Positions 1-17,172 of a DNA stretch of 64,000 nucleotides are shown one piece after another (positions within the stretch are counted from its first letter, which is position 1; each line of letters starts with the position of its first letter). The notes below the pieces were generated by a model. The model was not told the origin of the DNA. It searched no databases and was given only the letters and a program-made list of their open reading frames with translations. The stretch covers positions 248,001 to 312,000 of the forward strand of contig MCFH01000043.1 in assembly GCA_002104945.1 (NCBI GenBank). Reading direction: 5' to 3'. This DNA comes from Piromyces finnis finn. Its lineage: Eukaryota; Fungi; Neocallimastigomycota. The translations under genes were made by a program, and so were the position numbers.

Positions 1-653
1 TACTTGATAGATATTTTCTTTTCAACTTTTTCAATGGATTTCATTACTTTACTATTTTTATGGTTTTTTGAATAAAGACTTGCTGAAGATTCATAAGATA
101 AAAAGTTGGATGAACTGCCATTATTTTGGAATAATTTTTCCTTGGATAATGTACTATTATTATCATTCACTAGATTTTGCCTACTACCAAATGAAATTTC
201 AGCCATACTATTACTTACAAAGTTATCTATAGAACGCTGTAAATTATCGTCCAAAATAATAATATCAAGAGCTTCAGGATTTCCTTTGATACGGTTAAGG
301 AGGTATTCTTCGTCGGAAATTTTTTTTAATGGTTTTTCTATTTCAACTACCTTAATTGTTCCTTCATGTTTAGCTTTATTAAAACTTTTTATTGAAGAGA
401 GTTGGGGACTATATGGGAATATTTCTTCTTCTATTGGAACAAAAAGCTTTAAATATCTTGGTATTATTCTTGGCTCAAATGATTTTGATATATGTTCTTT
501 TATTGAATATATTTGATTATTAGTAGATACTCTTATAACAAATGCTTTTGAACTAGAATCTCCAATTCTGAAACAAGAAAAAGTTACTTTCTTTGACTTT
601 TCTGGCTCCTTTTCTACATTTATTACAATATTATTTTTGTCTATTGAATCCAT
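1..653 (-). CDS. Partial ORF (~217 aa, runs off the left edge) with a Crinkler(CRN)-like ubiquitin-fold N-terminus
   Basis: Manual translation from the ATG at 653 (preceded by an A-run) is open to position 1: MDSIDKNNIVINVEKEPEKSKKVTFSCFRIGDSSSKAFVIRVSTNNQIYSIKEHISKSFEPRIIPRYLKLFVP... Absent from the ORF track, probably because no stop lies in the window. The family call is by resemblance only. Confidence 0.6.
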   Translation of the reverse strand, partial: MDSIDKNNIVINVEKEPEKSKKVTFSCFRIGDSSSKAFVIRVSTNNQIYSIKEHISKSFEPRIIPRYLKLFVPIEEEIFPYSPQLSSIKSFNKAKHEGTIKVVEIEKPLKKISDEEYLLNRIKGNPEALDIIILDDNLQRSIDNFVSNSMAEISFGSRQNLVNDNNSTLSKEKLFQNNGSSSNFLSYESSASLYSKNHKNSKVMKSIEKVEKKISIK

Positions 654-3281
654 TTTTTTTAGTACTATTATTAATTAATAAAAATGTTTTGCCTACTTTT
701 TTTTATTCCAAATAATTTTGAATAATTTTTTTATTATTTATTTATTAATTAATTAATTAATTACACTAAAAATATATTATGGATTAGCTTATAAGTTTTG
801 GATTTTTACTGAAAATGTCTTTCACTAATATTAAAAATGATTGAATTTTACAGATATATTTACAAATATTTTTTTTTTGTTGTTTAATACTAATTTTTTT
901 TTTAAAAAAAAAAAAAAAATTGTCTTGATAAATAAATATTATGGATTCGTGAAATTCCACTAATAATTGATATTATATTTACAATTGCATAATTTAAAAG
1001 ATTCTCTAAAAAAAAATAAAGTTTATTATTAATATCATTCTTTTATTTCCAAATAAATAACAGAAAAATAAAAAAAGTAAATAATTTAAATTAACATTAA
1101 ATTTAAAATACAATTTTATAATTAGAAATTCAATAATAATTATAAAAATAACATAATTATTATTACATTTCAAATAATAATTTCTAATAACTATTTTTAT
1201 ACTTTCTTTTAAAATAATAAATTTTATAATAAAATTCTTTATGTTTTAACTTACAATTTAAAGAGTTTAAAATGACATTATACAAAAAATACTATTAATT
1301 TTATAAATCGTTTTTTCTTTGCATTTATAGAAATCACGTTTTAAGTTAAATGTTTTCTTGAAATAAAATACTTTTTTATAATACTTTTTTCAGAAATTAT
1401 TTTAAAATATTATTAAGGTTATTAATTAAAAAAATATAATCATTAAAGTAATTGAACCTTAGTTATCTTGTCATTCTTCTCTTTTTTTTATTATTAAATT
1501 ATTTAATTCACTTTCGTAATAGCTTTTTTTTCACTATTAAAAAGAGATAATCTAACAAGTTTAAAACTTAATTTTTTTAAAAAAATAAAATAAATAAAAA
1601 GGTATAAAATATATTCTTTTATATTATATAAAAAATATTTAATTTTTGATTACAAAAAAAATAGAATTAATATATAGAATTCATATATTTCATTATATTG
1701 ATTATATATTACTATTTAAATTATTATCAAATATATTACTTTTAACTCTAGTTAATTTTCTATGATTAATTAAAACCAATTCATTATTTATTTTGATATT
1801 TTCTGTAATATAGAATATATTAAACAATACATTTAAATATACTATAATATATTTATTTATATTTTTTTAGGTGTTAATTTTTATGAAGTTTAAGAAACAA
1901 AATCTTATTTCATAAATAATGATATACTTTTTATTTATACAATGAAGTTCATTAAATTAAATATAAAAAATTTAATATAATATATATACCAATATATAAA
2001 CAGCATATATTGATAAATAATTTTACCAATAATTTATAATCATTTATTTTTATATTATAATTTCATAAAGAAGAATCAGTTATTTATTATTCAATCCACA
2101 TTAAAAGAATATCAAATAAGAAAGTAATAACTCTAAAATAGTATTGGATTAATAACAATTCTTTTGATACTTATTTATTCATTCATTCATTCATTTGTTA
2201 TTATATTGTGGATGAAAAAAATATACTAATAATAAAAATTTAATTATTGTATTAATTAATTACATTTTTTTTCTTTTAATCAAATTTATATATAATTAAA
2301 GTTTGTGTAATATTAGCCACCGAATTTTCCTTTCCTTTTTTTATATGAAAATTAGGAAAATATTAAATTTCATAAAAGTTGTTCTTTTTTATATAAAATT
2401 TATAGTTTTTTTAAAAAGTTTATGTAAGTGTGTGTATTAATAGAATTATTATAATTTATTGATGTTGAATATTAAAATCAACTAAAATATCTAAAAATAG
2501 TTATAACTTTTAAAAAAGATATACACTGCTAAAGAGTAAAGTAAATTATTGTTGATGTATCAAAAACTAATGGTTGCTTTAATAGTTTAAAATGACATAT
2601 AAAGTACTATAAGTACAATTAATAAAATCGAGAAGTAAAAATGAAAAAAAAAAGGAATCATTTAATTATTCGCTTCGTTATTAAAAATTTTTCCTTTATT
2701 ATCTTAAATTTAGTAACGCTTTACACTCTTTATTTCATATATATATTAAAAATAAACCCTACCTCAAAGTAAATATTGGCAATAAATAAAAATAGTATGA
2801 ATACTATTTATATATTATATATCTATTATTTATATTTTTCCTTAAAATTATAAATAATGTTTTTTAGTATAGAATTTAAAAAACTTTTTTTCTGAATTTA
2901 TCTTAATAATTCTATTTTTAAATAGATCTTATTCCTATTTTGTACTACATTTCTAAACCAACTTTAACCTTTACCTTTATATTGGTGTATAAAAAATATT
3001 TTTTCCTTTCTTGTTTTTTTACAGTATATTAAAAAATTAATTAAATATTAAATAATGTAATAGATTGTACAATATTGAAATTACATATTAAATTAAAGTG
3101 TATTAGCATGTATCTTTAAAATAATTATTTATTCTAAATTTTCAAATTTAAGAGTAAATTATTTTTTGCTAGATGAAATCAAGTCGTTATTATTAAATTT
3201 ATCAAAAAATAATACATATACATTATATCCATTCAAAATTTTATTTCCTTTTAAATTATAAATAGTTCATTATTATAAATA

Positions 3282-11376
<8,095 letters not shown>

Positions 11377-11889
11377 ATTATTTCATAAGAAAAAAAAATA
11401 ACAAAAATACAAATAAAATTTAAATATATCTATATAATTTTAATCAATTTTACAATTTTTTTTTATTATTTTTAATTCTGTTCAATTCGTATTTATTAAT
11501 AAAACACATTAATTTATTTCATAATATTCATTTTAGAAAGATGTAAACTTTTTTTTTTAACCCATCAAAATAAATATATATAACTAAAAATAACTTTTAA
11601 ATATTTCACATTCAAAAATATATTTTTTATCTCTTTATATATTTTAAAAACCAAAATATCACAAATTAATAATATATAAACTTAAAAAGATGCTTTTCAT
11701 TTTTCTTTTAAATAAATTTTTTATTTTTTTTTATTTTTATTTTATAATTTTATATTTTATAAATTACATTAAAAAAAAAAAAGAGGGTATATAATAATTC
11801 CTTATATTAATATAGATGATATTACATCTGTTGATTAACAAGGAATAATAGATGTAAAAAAAAAAAAAAAAATATTAAAAGAAAATTAT

Positions 11890-12147
11890 TTATTCTTTAA
11901 GGTAAGAAGACTTTTTAATAATTTCATCAACATGAACGTATGGTGCTAATGTTTGTTTTTCTTTACCCATAAATACTTGAACTGATGCCATTTCTGGATT
12001 TATATGGAATACAGTAGTATCATTATGATGGAAAGTTGGGCATTTTGAATTAAAAGCATAAGATCCATAAGATCTGTGAGAAATAATACTTTCACCTGAA
12101 ACACAGGTTAAAAGTAAAGCCATACCGAAAATTGAATTGAATTTCAT
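11890..12147 (-). CDS. Small putative secreted protein (85 aa), unknown function
   Basis: A-run before the ATG, signal-peptide-like start MKFNSIFGMALLLTCVSG, GC above the flanking background. No family recognised. Confidence 0.5.
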   Translation of the reverse strand: MKFNSIFGMALLLTCVSGESIISHRSYGSYAFNSKCPTFHHNDTTVFHINPEMASVQVFMGKEKQTLAPYVHVDEIIKKSSYLKE

Positions 12148-13069
12148 TTTTTTTTTTTAACTTTTAAATTTTGTTTTTTATTTTGGGAGTAGAGGTTCTT
12201 TTTTTTTTTCTTCACTTTTTAAAAAAGAAATTAAATTTTAATAACAAATGTTATCTACAATTTCTTTTTAAAGAAAAAAAAAGAGTCTTATATACTCAAA
12301 AAACCTTTTATTATTTATGTTTTAATTTTTAAAGTCATAAAGTCATTAATAAAAATAATATATATATATATACTTTTAATTCTTTTTAATTTAATTATAT
12401 TCTTTAATTAATAAATTAGGGAATTGAACTGCAAATAAAACCATTTCTTTTTTATAGATATATTGATTATTAATTTATTTGTTAATATTAGTAAAATTCA
12501 CATCGATGCTATTGTAAAATAAATTTAAAATTATAATAAAATTATACTTTTTTAAGAAAATCTTTAAAAAAAATAAAGATATTATGTCAAAAATAAAATT
12601 ATCTTTAAATTCTATTTTTATCTTAAATTAAAAAAATGATTTTATTAGTTATAATATATAAATAATATATATATATATAGTTTTTTTTATTTTTTTATAT
12701 GTTTAATTAATCTTCTTCAAATTATATTTTTATTTTAATTTAAATTACAGATTTTAATAAGGATTTCCTAATAAATAGAATTTTGTACAAAAGATATGAC
12801 CTCTATTAAAGAAAATTAACTATTTAAAGTAACATTTTTAATTTAATCTTCTTTAATAATTAACTTATGATACTTTTTTATTATATTCATTATGGGTTAA
12901 AATATAAAAAAAAAATAAAATAAAAATAAAAATATTCTACAATATAATTTTTAATTTAAACCTGCTTAATTATTTTTATAATAATTTTAATTTATTCAAT
13001 TTTTTTTTATTTCTTTTTTATACTTAACGCTGATTTTAAAAAATTTTAAAAATAATTTAAAAATTTAAC

Positions 13070-13141
13070 TGGAGATATCGGGGATCGAACCCGAGGCTTC
13101 TTGCATGCAAAGCAAGCACTCTACCACTGAGTTATATCCCC
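13070..13141 (-). tRNA. tRNA-Ala(UGC): tRNA-Ala (anticodon UGC), intronless, CCA not encoded
   Basis: Reverse complement is GGGGATATAACTCAGTGGTAGAGTGCTTGCTTTGCATGCAAGAAGCCTCGGGTTCGATCCCCGATATCTCCA. Anticodon arm CTTGC-TTTGCAT-GCAAG, A and B boxes present, T5 terminator a few nt downstream. Confidence 0.97.
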
Positions 13142-13156
13142 AGCTTCATGATTTGA

Positions 13157-14261
13157 TGATACGCTACTCACATAAAAACGTAATAAAAACTAGCCGAATA
13201 AACACGACTTAACCCATAGCGACTTATAATAAAAATAAAAGATAATAACCCTTAAAAATGAATAAATAATAATTTTATGGAAATATAACCCTTTCTTTTA
13301 AATAAATAATATTCTCTTTATTAAATAATAAATTATGAATAAAAACGACTTAATAGAGATAATAATAAAATAAATTATTAAATAAAATAAAACGACTCAA
13401 TCCAAAAATGTATTAAAATAATAAAATAATAATAAGTAAATAAAAATGAATAAATAAACTAAAAAAATAAAATGATATACATTAAATTATTAATTCTAGT
13501 GTTTTATCCAAGTGTTCTTTAGAAATTCTTTCAAACTTATATATATAAATTAACAAATAAATAACTGAGTAATTATTACTAAAAGTGATTAATTTAAAGC
13601 CTGGAAATAGAACAATAATAACAATTTTAAAGATAAAATACAGAACTCTTTTATGTTTCTGTATAAAATGTGTTTATATTAATTGATACTTTTAATATTT
13701 GATTTTATTAATTTTATTTCAATTTTTATTTTAATTTTTATTTTAATTTTATTTTAATATTATTTTAATTTTAAATTTTAATTATTTTATTCAAGGTATT
13801 ATACATTTAATGATAGTTAATGATAATTTATAATAGTTTTTCTAATTTTAAACATTTTGAAGTAATAAGAAAATCAAATAAGTAATATTCTATAACATTT
13901 TTATAATATTAAGACATAATTTTAATTTATTCTTTAATTTTAATAAATAATCACAATAGTAATAATATTTAATAGTTAAAAATAATAATACATGTAATAA
14001 ATGAAAAATGTATAAAAAGAAGATAAAATTCTTCTTTATAAAAAGGGGGACAATAAATAGACAATAAATAAATTATAAATATAATAAAGAGATAATTTAA
14101 ACATAATAAAAAGAGTTTATTTTCGAGTTTTTGAGTGATTTATTTGTTAATTATAAAACATATTTTATTTTATTTTAAATTTATTGTTTCATCATAAATA
14201 TTAGAATTTATTATTTATTAAAAATATTATATTATTCAAAAATATATCGGTCAACGCATCA
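13157..14261 (+). repeat. 5' LTR (1105 bp)
   Basis: TGATACGCTACTCAC...GGTCAACGCATCA; matches 21848-22973. Confidence 0.96.
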
Positions 14262-14269
14262 TAAAATTT

Positions 14270-14286
14270 TGGTGGAGAATCCGGGC
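14270..14286 (+). other. Primer-binding site complementary to the 3' end of a tRNA (Ala-type)
   Basis: TGGTGGAGAATCCGGGC is the reverse complement of GCCCGGATTCTCCACCA, a CCA-ended tRNA terminus resembling eukaryotic tRNA-Ala. It starts 8 nt after the LTR. Confidence 0.85.
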
Positions 14287-14405
14287 GTGACCAAAGATAT
14301 GAAAAAGAATAATATTAATAATAATACTAATAAATTCTAAAATATTAAGCGTTTATAAAAAAAAAAACAGTTTACACTTAATTTAATTTTATTATATATT
14401 CTTCT

Positions 14406-14437
<32 letters not shown>

Positions 14438-15654
14438 ATTTAATTATATATATAAAAGGAAATATATATAATTTTAAAATTATAAAAATTTTAATATTTC
14501 TAAAAAGGGTATTTAAGAAATTAAAAACTAAGTGATTAATAGTTAGTCATATACGTTACACAAGGAAGAAAATTTCTATAATTCCTATAATCGTTTCCGT
14601 TCTTATTATTAATAAGGATAACTTAATCCATTCAGTTAGTTTGTTATATTTCTGATCTATCCAGGGGATCAGTGTGATAGTAAAAACTAGGAAAAAAAGT
14701 TAATCCTTCTCAGCAGTTAATAATAAGATCATAATTTGAATTAAATATACAATTTTTATTTCTTAATTAAGAGAATAAATTAATTCACCAGTGCTTATTT
14801 GTAGAGGCGGCTGTTGAATGAAAAACTTCTTAGCTTAAGGCTACCTACATATTAAGCGAATAATTTATTTCAATATTCTTAATTATTGACTAAAAATTTT
14901 TTAATTTAAATTATAACAAAAAAAAAAATAGTAAGTATATATTGGTTGTTGTTATATAATAGACTGAGTTCGAAATATAGCAATAATTAAAGCAATTATT
15001 ATTTAGAGAGTAAGGCGGGTACACACTCAGCAAGAGGGAGTAGGTATACTAGACAGCCTTTATTTGATTCTCAAGTAAGAGAGTAGCAAGTTCGGCTGAA
15101 AATCCTGAGTAAGGAGCAGAACTTTGGAAGTGAAAATTTATCATTTAAAGGTGGGGGTTTAGTAGGGATCCGAAAGTCTTTATAGTCACTGTGCCTCGGG
15201 TGCCTAAAAATAAATAAATAATTGTAACAATATATATAAACTATTATAATTAAATTAAATAAAAAAAAAATATACATATTCTTATAAATTCCTAATTGCA
15301 AAAAAAAAAAAAAAAAAAAAAAAAAAATTATTCTTTCATTCTTCCTTGATCATTTAAAATTGAGAGTTAATAAATTGCATTTAAATTTATAATTAGATAT
15401 TATTCCGTAAAGCTTCTATTATTCCTGACTAATAATAATAATATAATATACTTTCTATAAAATACTTCTCCGATCTGATCTCATTCAATATTAAATTTCA
15501 TTATTTATATAATTTTTATAATTTATATAATCCATATAATATATATAATTTATACAATATATATATAGATTTCTGTTGTATTACTTATTTTTTATTCTTT
15601 TATTTTTCTTTAATATACTTCTCAATTTCTAAATAATTTTCTTTAATTTTTTTT

Positions 15655-15692
<38 letters not shown>

Positions 15693-15926
15693 ATAAATTT
15701 TATATTATTTTATACTTTATCAATTTATCAATTATTTATATATTCAATTCTTTTCATTTTTAATTTTATAAATATTATTAATATTATTATATTATTAAAG
15801 TTCAAAACACATATATATATATATAATATATAAATTCCAATTATTTTCTTTATTATCATTTATTTCAAATTAAATTATTCTTTTATTTTAATTATTTTAC
15901 CTTATAAGAAATTTATATATACAAAA

Positions 15927-17150
15927 ATGAAGATCAGTGAAATCACTAAAATGCTACCTAGAATTGGTAGTCAAGATAGGGATATCGAAAGCTGGGCTGA
16001 AGAATTCAGCAGAGTTATGGACCTATCTGACATCAATGATCCCAAAAAGATATTCGCTTGGGCAAAGGAATGTGTCCAAGGTAGATTAAAAGGAATCATT
16101 GATGACTTAAAAACAGAAAGTGATACTGGAACAAATTATCCTAGTATCGAAGATATTAAAGAGGCTATTGAAGAATACTTAGAAATCACGCCTCAAGAAA
16201 AATGCTTCAATGTTAAGTCTCTAAAAATTAGAAGAGGAGAAAGTATTAAGGATTTCAACTGGAGATACGGAAACTTATATAAAAATCTTAATGTTGGATC
16301 CCAACTATTCGTTACTGTTAAGGATTATACTAATTCCATTATTTCTCGTCCTTTTATCAGAACTCAAGTAATCACTGCCCAACCTAAAGATATAGAAGCC
16401 GCTTTTAAGGTTGCCGAATTAGCTGAATCAGCAACTGAAGTTCCTCAGTATCATAATGTAAATATGTTTACTGATAACCAACCTTACTTTGATCCATATC
16501 AAAACCAAAATTATAATCTATTTACTCAACATAGTGGTGGAACTAATTATAATTATTTTAATAATAATGATAGTCCATATACTTATAATGGATACTACAA
16601 TAATAACTATAATAATAATTATGATAATAATAATAATTATAATAATTATAATATGCGATTCAATGGAAACTATAATATGAGAAATCAACGTTTTAATAAG
16701 AGAAATAATTACAGAAATAATTACCCAAATAATTTCAATACTAATAATAATAGTTATAGTAACAATTATAATAATAATTATAACAATAATTATAACAACT
16801 ATCAAGGTGATCAAAATGCATATAATAATGGTTATAGTAAATACCCTTATAATTCTAGTACATTTAATAACAATAATTATTCCAATATGGAAGAAAATAA
16901 ATCATATCAAAATTCCACTAATTATTCTAATAATGTTAATGCTAATAAAATGAATACTACTACTAATAAAGTTAATCAAACTACATCTCAAAGTCAAGTG
17001 AATATGTTTAACCAGTCTCAAAGAAATAAATGTTTTAGATGTCAACAAGTAGGCCACAAAATGCAAGATTGCAAATATACATTCCAAGAACTTGCAGAAA
17101 TGGAAAAACAAGGCCTTATAAACTCTAATCAAAATCATTTAAACTTATGA
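15927..17150 (+). CDS. gag: Retrotransposon Gag (capsid-like region, N/Y-rich region, CCHC zinc knuckle)
   Basis: 407 aa ORF with CFRCQQVGHKMQDC (CX2CX4HX4C), positioned between the PBS and pol. Confidence 0.93.
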   Translation: MKISEITKMLPRIGSQDRDIESWAEEFSRVMDLSDINDPKKIFAWAKECVQGRLKGIIDDLKTESDTGTNYPSIEDIKEAIEEYLEITPQEKCFNVKSLKIRRGESIKDFNWRYGNLYKNLNVGSQLFVTVKDYTNSIISRPFIRTQVITAQPKDIEAAFKVAELAESATEVPQYHNVNMFTDNQPYFDPYQNQNYNLFTQHSGGTNYNYFNNNDSPYTYNGYYNNNYNNNYDNNNNYNNYNMRFNGNYNMRNQRFNKRNNYRNNYPNNFNTNNNSYSNNYNNNYNNNYNNYQGDQNAYNNGYSKYPYNSSTFNNNNYSNMEENKSYQNSTNYSNNVNANKMNTTTNKVNQTTSQSQVNMFNQSQRNKCFRCQQVGHKMQDCKYTFQELAEMEKQGLINSNQNHLNL

Positions 17151-17172
17151 GTGGGAGAAGGAATACTCCCAT
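17138..17172 (+). promoter_or_regulatory. -1 programmed ribosomal frameshift signal (slippery heptamer plus hairpin)
   Basis: T TTA AAC in the gag frame (17138-17144), 6-nt spacer, stem GTGGGAG (17151-17157) / CTCCCAT (17166-17172). pol is in the -1 frame. Confidence 0.85.

Noticed and set aside
106-516. 136-aa plus-strand ORF
   Set aside because: Antisense shadow of the longer minus-strand ORF (653 to the edge), which has a proper ATG context.
15071-15301. 76-aa antisense ORF in the retrotransposon leader (possible accessory gene)
   Set aside because: TTG start, half is AT-rich filler, no motif; insufficient support.
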